Below are positions 17,388 through 25,764 of a DNA stretch of 64,000 nt, piece by piece (the first letter of the stretch is position 1; each line of letters starts with the position of its first letter). The notes beneath the pieces are model-generated. The model searched no databases and had not been told where the DNA came from. It saw nothing but the letters and a program-made list of their open reading frames with translations. The DNA is from Acidobacteriota bacterium (lineage in GTDB: Bacteria > Acidobacteriota > Thermoanaerobaculia > UBA5066 > Gp7-AA6), in contig JAIVJS010000021.1 of NCBI GenBank assembly GCA_020199905.1, forward strand, positions 14,649 to 78,648, in the 5' to 3' direction. The translations under genes were made by a program, and so were the position numbers.

Positions 17388-18215
17388 CTATTTTGCCGGG
17401 TCGCGCGGGCCGCTCCGGTCCTCGACGTCCGCTTGTCCGCCGTCGGCCCAGTTGACGAAAGTGAGGATCTTGTTGCCGTGCCCGAAATCGAGCTCGAAGG
17501 TTGAGGTGCTGCCATCCTCAGAACGCTCGATTTCTCTGCCCCACTGGCCCGGGCCGTCCAGAACCAGGTCTTCCATTGCCGGCGGCATGACGGCGGCGGA
17601 CTTGACGGTCGTGCTCGAGTCGAGATGCGTGTAGATGGTGACGAGCTCGTCGTAATCGTGCGCGTTCGGACGGGTGCTCAGGGTGCTTCCGGCGTTGGCG
17701 CCCGTGTTCGAAAAATAGTCCATACAGGTGTCTTGCGAGCTGCCGTCCGTGCTCTGATGGTCGAGCCCGAACGTATGGCCGATTTCCTGACACATCACGT
17801 GCCGTCGCTCGTTGGGGTTGTTGTAGGTCGCCGTGTCGAAGTAGGTGTCGTTGACTTTGACGGTGCCTTGCGTGATGTGCGTGCCGCCCGTGATCGAGAT
17901 CGACGCGAGCCCGAGCCAGCCGTTGTTGCCATACCGGCCGTTGCAGACCTGGATGGTGCCCGCGACGGCGGAGCAGTGCTTGTTCGACGTGCCTGTGACA
18001 GCGGTGAGGTTCAGGACGCTGGAGGATGTCCAGTCGGACAGGGCCGCGTCGAAATAGCTTTGCCAGTTCGAGTCGACGTTATCGCCGGTTTTGAGAGTGA
18101 AGGGGTTGGAGGTTCGCGCCCAGTGGTATCCGCCCCAGGAATGGTTCGCGAGAGCCATCGACGGAGACGCGATTACGAGAAGGGCCAGGATCACGCGGCG
18201 GGGAGTCCAGGACAT
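17388..18215 (-). CDS. Secreted metzincin-like metallopeptidase with a variant zinc motif
   Basis: Signal peptide; CQEIGHTFGLDH followed by a TCMDY Met-turn. Confidence 0.7.
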   Translation of the reverse strand: MSWTPRRVILALLVIASPSMALANHSWGGYHWARTSNPFTLKTGDNVDSNWQSYFDAALSDWTSSSVLNLTAVTGTSNKHCSAVAGTIQVCNGRYGNNGWLGLASISITGGTHITQGTVKVNDTYFDTATYNNPNERRHVMCQEIGHTFGLDHQSTDGSSQDTCMDYFSNTGANAGSTLSTRPNAHDYDELVTIYTHLDSSTTVKSAAVMPPAMEDLVLDGPGQWGREIERSEDGSTSTFELDFGHGNKILTFVNWADGGQADVEDRSGPRDPAK

Positions 18216-18501
18216 CAGAGCCTCCTTCTGAAGTGTGTCAGAAACGCCCAATCCTAAAAGAAAAATGCACTCGCGCGGCAGGTGAATCCTTGATGGGCGA
18301 GTGCCTGGTGGAGGGAATATACACCGCCCGTCGCCCCGCCCGAAGGCGTACCGAGTGACTCCGGCCGGCTGAAGTCCCGCTTCCTGAGAGCGACCGTCCT
18401 GTTCCGGGGACAGTTCGGTGACGGATCTCAGGTAAGTGCTTTTGTTTGAGCGCCTCGTTCTGGATCGAAGTTTGCTCCACGGAACCTCGGAGGTGAACTC
18501 G

Positions 18502-19407
18502 ATGAAATTGAGAACACGATGGTTGCTGGCAATCTCTGCCTGTGTCTGCGTTTCTTTTCTCGCGGCGAATACCGCGACAGCTCATGACCCCGTTACAGGG
18601 CGCGCATCCGGGGTCCTCTCGGACCGTGGCTACGAACGGATGCGCCAGCTCGCCCACGACCTCGACGGCCAGGCCGAGCACGCCAGTCAACAGGCCAATC
18701 AGGGCGGGGGATTTTATCGAAACGATCGCAATTTGCGGCGGTCCGTCGCCAATTTCGCGCGTCGCGCCTCTGACTTCCACTCGCGGATGGATACGTACCG
18801 CACGGCACCGTGGCAGCTGGATGACGAGCTGCGGGGACTCCTCCGGGATGCGCGGGCGGTTCAGTCCCGCATGCAGCGCTCCCGCAACACCGATGACCAC
18901 ACAGCCGCGGACTGGTCCAAGACGGTGGAAGTCCTGAACGAGATGATCCGGGTCTACCAGTCGGATGCGACCGGATCGACGTCTGATCAGGGCGGGTATG
19001 GACGTCAGGGAGACGCCGGGCGTTATGGCGACCGGTACGAAGCCCGCGGCTCGGCTCGAGGCGGTTACAACGAGCAACAGGTCGGCCCCTTGATCCACCA
19101 GCTCGCCGAGCGCTCGACGCGATTGATGGACGCGGTGAACCAGCTTTCAGGGCGTTATTCGGGTAGCACGGGTCAGAACCAGTCCGTCCAGGCGATCCAG
19201 CATTTCACCGAACAGGCAAATACCTTTCATGAGAGATATGAGGGGGGGCTGAGCCCGGAGGACGTGCGCGGGAATATCGGCCACCTCTGGGACGACGCGC
19301 GTGAGGCGGACCAGCAGTTCAGGCAGTCGAACATTCCGGAGCTGCAGGGCGAGTGGTCCGGGATGATGCAGCTGCTCACGCGGATCCGGAGCGCCGCGGG
19401 TTTCTGA
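18502..19407 (+). CDS. Hypothetical secreted two-domain helical protein (paralog of 11947..12870)
   Basis: GGAGG SD, ATG 18502, signal peptide, SDRGY..MRQLAHDLD, YRTAPWQLDDELR, EWSGMMQLLTRIRSAAGF. Confidence 0.75.
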   Translation: MKLRTRWLLAISACVCVSFLAANTATAHDPVTGRASGVLSDRGYERMRQLAHDLDGQAEHASQQANQGGGFYRNDRNLRRSVANFARRASDFHSRMDTYRTAPWQLDDELRGLLRDARAVQSRMQRSRNTDDHTAADWSKTVEVLNEMIRVYQSDATGSTSDQGGYGRQGDAGRYGDRYEARGSARGGYNEQQVGPLIHQLAERSTRLMDAVNQLSGRYSGSTGQNQSVQAIQHFTEQANTFHERYEGGLSPEDVRGNIGHLWDDAREADQQFRQSNIPELQGEWSGMMQLLTRIRSAAGF

Positions 19408-19431
19408 CGCCGACTCGAAGACGAGGCCATG

Positions 19432-19466
19432 GAGCCGGAGCACACGCTCCGGCTCTTTTTCTTTTT
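19432..19466 (+). terminator. Intrinsic terminator
   Basis: GAGCCGGAGC-ACAC-GCTCCGGCTC followed by TTTTTCTTTTT. Confidence 0.85.
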
Positions 19467-19646
19467 CCAGGGGCAGGCGCGCGTCCTGCTCTCAAATGAG
19501 GCCAGAAAGCATCACGGAGGGACAGCCAGGGCGGAAGCCTCCGCGTTTCGGATGTGCCTCTCATTGAATCGAAAGCAGTTAGAGTCACGCCGTCGGAGAG
19601 GGATCGGGCACCGGAGTTGCGATAGATCGCGGCGGAGGAAACAGAA

Positions 19647-20090
19647 ATGAATAGAAAATGGCTCTTCGCGGCGGCTCTTGGGGCGGTGATCGTGACGGGC
19701 GTGTCGTCGCCGGCCCTGGCCGACGAGTATTGTGCGAGTCCCTACGCCGGTCAGAACGTTTACGTCGGCGGCGGGTACTCCCACGGGAACGGCGGATATG
19801 GCTACGTCCGCCAGCACGATTCGTACAACGGTGGATACGGGTACCAGGGAAATTACGGCTACCAGGGAGATTACGGCTACCAGGGAGATTACGGGTATCA
19901 GGGTAACTACGGTCACGGTGGATACCCGCAGACGCGATACCAGTATTCGCAACCCTACTACCAGGACGGCTACGGACGCCAGGGTTACGGCGCCACCGTG
20001 CACGAGGACCACACCAGGATCACCTTCAAGCCGTTCCCGTTCCCCCACATTGAAAAGCGCGTCGTCCATCACGAGCATCCGATTTACTGA
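19647..20090 (+). CDS. Secreted Gly/Tyr-rich low-complexity protein
   Basis: Signal peptide, GYQG(N/D)Y repeats, His-rich C-terminus, terminator downstream. Confidence 0.7.
   Translation: MNRKWLFAAALGAVIVTGVSSPALADEYCASPYAGQNVYVGGGYSHGNGGYGYVRQHDSYNGGYGYQGNYGYQGDYGYQGDYGYQGNYGHGGYPQTRYQYSQPYYQDGYGRQGYGATVHEDHTRITFKPFPFPHIEKRVVHHEHPIY
19839..19910 (+). repeat. Coding tandem repeat, 4 x 18 bp
   Basis: GG(G/C)TA(C/T)CAGGG(A/T)(A/G)A(T/C)TAC x4, encoding GYQGNY/GYQGDY. Confidence 0.9.
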
Positions 20091-20102
20091 CCCGATCGTT
20101 CG

Positions 20103-20130
20103 GGCGGAGCGGCACACGCTCCGCCTTTTT
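20103..20130 (+). terminator. Intrinsic terminator
   Basis: GGCGGAGCG-GCACA-CGCTCCGCC followed by TTTTT. Confidence 0.8.
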
Positions 20131-20456
20131 CTCTTCGTTCCGCGAGGCTGAAACCGCCGACGCTCGAAATCTCGAATTGCCTCCGCGATCCTGAGGCGTT
20201 GTCACCGATTCCGCACGTCAGGCGTATGGGACGCGTCGGAATAGGATGGCTTCTCGCGCACTCCGTTCTCACGCATCCCGCGCCATTCTGTTTTTCCCCG
20301 ACAATCTCCGAGTCGCCCTGGCTGAGCACTCAGGGCCATGGCATCCGGCATCTCCTCGTTGCCTCGACTCTTACCGTTCACCTGGAGACGCAGCGATACC
20401 GGGCCGGAATCCCGCAGGCGGCGGCCGCGTAGATTCCTGCAGACAGGGAGTTCACC

Positions 20457-22922
20457 GTGAGCAGTAAAGAACAGCGGCCCCCCGAGGCGAAGTCCGGAGC
20501 GAACCCTCTCAGGGATGCGGTCTGCGGGATGACGGTTTCGGAAGAAAGTTCCCATCGGGAAACATGGAACGGCCGGCCGTTCGTCTTCTGCAGTGCAGGG
20601 TGTCAGGAGAAGTTCAGGGAGCATCCCGAGCGCTACGTTCTCCGGCCCGAACCAGTGCCTCTTGCCGCGACCGGGACTGCGCCGGCGCCCATCGCTTCGG
20701 GAGAGAGTTTGACTTGCCCGATGCACCCGGAAGTCCGAGAAAAGAGCTCCGGCTCCTGCCCGAAGTGCGGCATGGCCCTCGAAGGAGTGATCCCCTCGTC
20801 TGCGGCCTCGAGGGCGCAGTGGACCTGCCCGATGCATCCCGAGATCGTCCGCGATGGTCCCGGCAGCTGTCCGATCTGCGGGATGGCGCTCGAGCCGCGG
20901 ACGATTTCGGCAGGCGACCGAGAGAATCCCGAGCTGGTTGACATGCGGCGGAGGTTCGCAGTCTCCGCTGTGCTGTCCGTTCCCCTTCTCGTCATTGCCA
21001 TGCGCGACCTCCTCCCGGGATCTGCCGGAATGGGCGCCTCCGGGGTCCTGCCGTGGGTCGAGCTCGCGCTGGCGACGCCGGTTGTCGTGTGGGGGGGCTG
21101 GCCCTTCTTCGTTCGGTTTGCGCAGTCGATCCGAAATCGCAGCCTGAACATGTTCACGCTGATCGGCCTGGGCGTCGCCGTCGCGTACTTCTACAGTCTG
21201 GCGGCCATCTTCTTTCCGGGTCTTTTCCCCGCGTCGTTCCGGGATGCTTCAGGACACGTCGGGCTGTATTTCGAAGCGGCGGCCATCATCGTCACGCTCG
21301 TGCTTCTGGGCCAGGTTCTGGAGTTGAAGGCCCGGAGCCAGACGGGTGCGGCGATCCGCGCCCTCCTGGATCTCGCCCCGAAGACCGCCCGCCGCATCGA
21401 GCAGGGCGGCGCCGAGGTCGATATCCCTCTCGATCAGGTCCAGGTCGGCGATCGGCTCCGGGTTCGGCCGGGGGAGAAAATTCCGGTCGACGGGAGCGTC
21501 GTGGAAGGCCACACCGCGGTGGACGAGTCGATGGTCACGGGTGAGCCGATTCCGGTCGAAAAGAATGCGGGTGATCGACTCATCGGATCCACGGTCAACG
21601 GCACCGGCTCGGTCGTCCTGACCGCGGAACGCGTCGGGGCCGAGACGATGCTTTCTCAGATCGTCCGGCTCGTCAGCGAAGCGCAACGCACGCGCGCGCC
21701 GATCCAGAAGCTCGCCGATCTGGTGGCCGGCTACTTCGTTCCGATCGTCATTGCCGTCGCCGTCATCACCTTTGGCGTCTGGGCGTTCGCCGGGCCCGAT
21801 CCCAGGATGGCTCATGGTCTCGTGAACGCGGTCGCGGTCCTCATCATCGCCTGCCCCTGTGCCCTCGGGCTCGCAACGCCGATGTCCATCATGGTGGCGA
21901 CCGGGAAGGCGGCAAAAGCGGGGGTGCTCTTTCGAAATGCCGAGGCCATCGAGTCCTTGCGAAAGGTCGACACCCTCGTGATGGACAAGACCGGAACGAT
22001 CACGGAAGGAAAGCCTAGGGTCGCAGAGATCCTGGCGCAGCCCGGATTCGAGGAGGCGGAAGTGCTTCGACTCGCGGCGAGCCTCGAGAGAGGAAGCGAG
22101 CATCCTCTGGCGGCATCCATCGTTGCGGCCGCCGGAGAGAGGCAGGTCCGACTCGAGCCAGTCGGCGACTTTCAATCGCGGACGGGACGAGGCGTGTCGG
22201 GCCGGGTTGCAGGACGCGCCGTCGCGCTCGGAAACGCGGCTCTCCTGGCGGAAATGGGCCTCGATCCGGCAGGGCTCGGCGCTCGGGCGGAGGACATGCG
22301 GTCGCGGGGTCAAACGGCGGTCTTTCTGGCCGTGGACGGAAAGATGGCCGGGATTCTCGGCATCGCGGATCCCATCAAGAAGACGAGCCCGGAGGCGATC
22401 GGCCACCTCCGCGCCGAAGGGATCCGCGTCGTCATGCTCACCGGCGACAGCAAGACCACCGCGAACGCGGTTGCGAAGGAGCTCGGAATCGACGAGGTCG
22501 TCGCGGAGGTGCTCCCGGAGGACAAGGTGAACGTCATCAAGCGCTATCAGGCTGAAGGCCGGTTCGTGGCGATGGCTGGCGACGGGGTCAACGACGCTCC
22601 GGCCCTCGCCCAGGCGCAGGTCGGAATCGCGATGGGGACGGGAACGGACGTCGCGATGGAAAGCGCCGGCGTGACGCTGCTCCGAGGCGACCTCCTGGGA
22701 ATCGTGCGTGCCCGAAGCCTGAGCCGCGCGACCATGCGGAACATCAAACAGAATCTCTTTTTCGCCTTCGTTTACAACGTGCTCGGAATTCCCATCGCAG
22801 GGGGCGTTCTCTATCCTTTTTTCGGTGTTCTTCTGAGCCCGATGATCGCTGCCGCGGCGATGAGCTTCAGTTCCGTTTCGGTGATCGGGAATTCACTGAG
22901 GCTGAGTCGAACGAAAGTTTGA
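20457..22922 (+). CDS. copA: Copper-translocating P1B-type ATPase with N-terminal YHS and two heavy-metal-binding repeats
   Basis: DAVCGM..FCSAGC, TCPMHPE x2, [35 protein letters not shown]. Confidence 0.95.
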   Translation: MSSKEQRPPEAKSGANPLRDAVCGMTVSEESSHRETWNGRPFVFCSAGCQEKFREHPERYVLRPEPVPLAATGTAPAPIASGESLTCPMHPEVREKSSGSCPKCGMALEGVIPSSAASRAQWTCPMHPEIVRDGPGSCPICGMALEPRTISAGDRENPELVDMRRRFAVSAVLSVPLLVIAMRDLLPGSAGMGASGVLPWVELALATPVVVWGGWPFFVRFAQSIRNRSLNMFTLIGLGVAVAYFYSLAAIFFPGLFPASFRDASGHVGLYFEAAAIIVTLVLLGQVLELKARSQTGAAIRALLDLAPKTARRIEQGGAEVDIPLDQVQVGDRLRVRPGEKIPVDGSVVEGHTAVDESMVTGEPIPVEKNAGDRLIGSTVNGTGSVVLTAERVGAETMLSQIVRLVSEAQRTRAPIQKLADLVAGYFVPIVIAVAVITFGVWAFAGPDPRMAHGLVNAVAVLIIACPCALGLATPMSIMVATGKAAKAGVLFRNAEAIESLRKVDTLVMDKTGTITEGKPRVAEILAQPGFEEAEVLRLAASLERGSEHPLAASIVAAAGERQVRLEPVGDFQSRTGRGVSGRVAGRAVALGNAALLAEMGLDPAGLGARAEDMRSRGQTAVFLAVDGKMAGILGIADPIKKTSPEAIGHLRAEGIRVVMLTGDSKTTANAVAKELGIDEVVAEVLPEDKVNVIKRYQAEGRFVAMAGDGVNDAPALAQAQVGIAMGTGTDVAMESAGVTLLRGDLLGIVRARSLSRATMRNIKQNLFFAFVYNVLGIPIAGGVLYPFFGVLLSPMIAAAAMSFSSVSVIGNSLRLSRTKV

Positions 22923-23099
22923 GGGAGATCAGCGCGCCGGAGAACCGGTCGAGGTTCTCTCGGCCCGATGCGAAATTCGACGCGAGGGTCCGACTGAACG
23001 TCTCGCAGGAACTCTTCTCGAGATCGAGCGCCGGGCCGGCAATACCGGAGAAATCTTCTTTCCTTCATGGGCGGACGAGGGGGGTTGAGGCAGGGGATC

Positions 23100-23120
23100 T
23101 GATATACTCCCCCCCTGTAT
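23100..23120 (+). promoter_or_regulatory. Candidate CsoR/RcnR-type operator overlapping an extended -10
   Basis: ATAC-TCCCCCCCT-GTAT (23104-20), AT arms around a C/G tract as in RcnR/CsoR sites; overlaps TGaTATACT. Confidence 0.7.
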
Positions 23121-23145
23121 CACTTCTCCCGGAGGCGGAATACCA

Positions 23146-23448
23146 ATGAAGAGGTCTCTTCCCGTGATGGAAAAGGTTTTCGTGCCAGACCGGCGCAAGG
23201 AGGCCGTTCGGGCTCGTTTGAAGCGTGCGCGAGGGCAGGTGGATGGGATCGAGCGGATGCTGGAGGAAAACCGACCATGCGCCGAGGTTCTTCAACAGAT
23301 CGCGGCCGCGCAGGAGGCTCTGCGGGCCGCCGGGAAGCTCATGGTCCGAAGCTACATCGAGAAGTGCGCGGCGGAGGGAATCAGGGCCGGTCGAACGGAG
23401 GAAGTGTACGACGAGCTTTTGGACATCATCTACCGGATGGTCCGGTAA
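23146..23448 (+). CDS. CsoR/RcnR-family metal-sensing repressor
   Basis: RLKRARGQVDGIERMLEENRPCAEVLQQIAAAQEAL...YIEKC. Confidence 0.9.
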   Translation: MKRSLPVMEKVFVPDRRKEAVRARLKRARGQVDGIERMLEENRPCAEVLQQIAAAQEALRAAGKLMVRSYIEKCAAEGIRAGRTEEVYDELLDIIYRMVR

Positions 23449-23498
23449 CGTTGGGTCGATAAATCTCCTTTTCTGCTCGCTCTGATCACGGGATTCGA

Positions 23499-24356
23499 TT
23501 GATAAGAGCGACGTCGGCTCTCGCCGTTCTCGCCGCCCTGACGTTGTATCCGGCCGCCGCGCGAGCAACCGGGCACGGACCCGTGTACGGGGTCGCGACC
23601 CCGACGCTCGCGAAAGGCGCCTGGAGTCTGGATCTCGGGGTGATGAGCCGGAGCGTGGCCCGGAACAACACCTCCGTCATGTTGCGCCCGCTCATCGCGT
23701 ACGGAATCACGGAAGACCTGCAGGTCTCGGCGTCTCTCCCGGTGCCGCTGTACACGCCGGAGGGCATGCGTCCGGTCCGGATGATGGCCATGATGCCCGC
23801 GACCCCGGACGTCGAGGTGCTGCTCGGCTGGCGATTTCACCGGGAGGGCACCGGCGTCGGGTCCCGATTCGAGAGCACGGCGTACCTGGGCGTGGACTAT
23901 CCGACCGACTCGGTGCGCAACGGAGTCAAGACCTCTCCCGGCATCTACGCGGCCGCGGTGACCGGTTACGCCTCTCGCTCCGTCTATGCCTGGGCGGGTG
24001 GAATGTACAGGCGTTATCTGAGCCCGACGGGACCCACGACCGATCACCCGGGCGACCTTCTGATGTGCAGCCTCGTGGTCGGATATCGCCCGCCCGTCTT
24101 TCGCAAGGAACTGCCGCACGCCGACTGGCGAGTCTTCATCGAGGCGATCGGCGAGGTCATCGACCGGGATCGGCTGGCGGGCGGTGAACTCCCGAACACC
24201 GGAGGCAAACGGATCTTCGCAGGCCCGACGCTGCTCGGTCTCTACGGTTCGTGGGGGCTGTCCGGCGGTCCCATCTTTCCCGTCTACACCCGGCTCAACG
24301 GAACCCAGCCGAAGGATCGGGTGCGGATGGTCGTGAATCTGACGTACTGGTTTTAG
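23499..24356 (+). CDS. Putative outer-membrane beta-barrel transporter
   Basis: Signal peptide, GHGPVYGVATPTL, Met-rich loop MMAMMP, terminal aromatic VNLTYWF. Confidence 0.65.
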   Translation: MIRATSALAVLAALTLYPAAARATGHGPVYGVATPTLAKGAWSLDLGVMSRSVARNNTSVMLRPLIAYGITEDLQVSASLPVPLYTPEGMRPVRMMAMMPATPDVEVLLGWRFHREGTGVGSRFESTAYLGVDYPTDSVRNGVKTSPGIYAAAVTGYASRSVYAWAGGMYRRYLSPTGPTTDHPGDLLMCSLVVGYRPPVFRKELPHADWRVFIEAIGEVIDRDRLAGGELPNTGGKRIFAGPTLLGLYGSWGLSGGPIFPVYTRLNGTQPKDRVRMVVNLTYWF

Positions 24357-24368
24357 ATTGGGGGCCCA

Positions 24369-24890
24369 ATGAGACGAGTCATCGGTTCGGCCGCGCTCTT
24401 TAGTCTTCTCATGGCCGCTTCGGCGGCGGGAGAGATTCGGGAAATCCGGCAGGGGATCTTTGGAATGGATTGAGCGGTTTGCGCTCACGCCGTGAGCGTG
24501 GCCATGAAGAAGGTACCCGGCGTCGAGACGGTGCAGGTGTCGCTGAACAAGGGTGAGGCGGTCTTGAAGCTGAAGCAGGGCAATTCGGCCACCGTTGCGC
24601 AGATTCGTCAGGTGGTGGTCGATACCGGTTTCACGCCGAAGGATGCAGACATCGAAATCGCGGGGAAGCTGGTCGAAAGAGCGGGCAAGGCGGCGTTGGC
24701 CGTCTCGGGGACGGCGGTCGTCTACTCGCTCGTCGACCATCGGCAGGCTGTCGGAAAAGTCGATCAGCTGTGGAGGGAAGCCCGGGACAGGGACGTGGTC
24801 CTGCGCGGGCATCTCCCCGAGACCACGACGAAGGGAAAGGCCGAAGAACCTCGATCTCTCGAGGTCAGAGGTTTCGAGATGAAGCGATGA
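24369..24890 (+). CDS. Secreted HMA-domain selenoprotein (UxxC), 173 aa with Sec35
   Basis: ATG 24369, signal peptide, then IFGMD-TGA(24471-73)-AVCAHAVSVAMKKVPGVETVQVSLNKGEA in frame with ORF 24492..24890; TGA occupies the first Cys position of GMxCxxC. Confidence 0.85.
24476..24503 (+). promoter_or_regulatory. Candidate bacterial SECIS element
   Basis: CGCTCAC-GCC-GTGAGCG core stem (24482-98), extended by G-U and G-C pairs to 24476/24503; loop starts with G, 15 nt after the UGA. Confidence 0.7.
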
Positions 24891-25265
24891 GCGAGTTGCC
24901 GCATCCTCCTGGTGGGGGCGATCACGTTTCTCTATTGACGCGGCATGGTTCCGCAGCCCTGCGCCTCGTCGGTATCGCCATCAGTCTCTATCCGCTCGTC
25001 AAGACGGGCACGCACGGCGCGGCCTTCCATGAACCTCTATCCGGGCGGCCTGCTCGGGGTCAGCGTGGGAAAGACGTGTCCGCGGTGAGGAGAGCGTCAA
25101 TCGGAGAGAGGGAGGGGACATGTGGAGAAGAAAAAACCAGCAGCCCGACCCGGCGTGATCGCGGGCGACCGTGCCAGGGGGATACGGCGCCGCGGATCGT
25201 ACCGTGATGCGGGCGGAGGATCCCGACGACGGCTTCGAGTCCACGAGCCCCCGACGCCTTCCCGC

Positions 25266-25294
25266 TTGACACCGGCGCCTTCGAGGAATGGAAT
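25266..25294 (+). promoter_or_regulatory. Candidate sigma70 promoter for cutA
   Basis: TTGACA-N17-TGGAAT. Confidence 0.45.
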
Positions 25295-25304
25295 GTCGAA
25301 TTGC

Positions 25305-25709
25305 ATGCGCAGCCAGGACCTCATCGTGGTGGTCACCTCGGTCGGAACGGAAGAGCAGGCCCTGGACATCGCGCACGCCCTGATCCGGAATCGCCAGGCG
25401 GCGTGCGTCAACCTGATCCCGAACGTGCATTCGATCTACCGCTGGAAGGGCCGCGTGTGCGACGACGGGGAGTTCCTCCTTCTGATCAAGAGCCGCGCCC
25501 GGGAGTTCGAGGGCGTCTGCGAGACCATCCAGAAGATCAATACGTACGAGCTTCCCGAGATCCTGGCGTATCGCGTCGACGAGAGTTCTCCCGGCTTCGC
25601 GGACTGGATCACGCGGACGACGGAGCACCCCAAGCGCAAGTCGAAGAAGAAGGGTCCGAAGCTGGTCGCGTCTCCCGTCCCCCTGCGCCGCCGCGCCGCC
25701 TCCCGTTAG
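25305..25709 (+). CDS. cutA: Divalent-cation tolerance protein CutA with a basic C-terminal tail
   Basis: AACVNLIPNVHSIYRWKG, EFLLLIKS, NTYELPEIL. Start is 25293 or 25305. Confidence 0.9.
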   Translation: MRSQDLIVVVTSVGTEEQALDIAHALIRNRQAACVNLIPNVHSIYRWKGRVCDDGEFLLLIKSRAREFEGVCETIQKINTYELPEILAYRVDESSPGFADWITRTTEHPKRKSKKKGPKLVASPVPLRRRAASR

Positions 25710-25764
25710 AGACGTCCTCCGCCGTGGGGCAGCTCGGCCGCCGCGGTCTCTCCTTCGGTCCGCC

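Noticed and set aside
20199-20432. Third leader ORF upstream of copA
   Set aside because: No signal peptide, paired-Cys motif or anti-SD stem; coding status unsupported.
24887-25250. Gene between the Sec-HMA gene and cutA
   Set aside because: Only short hydrophobic fragments in mixed frames; no family recognised.
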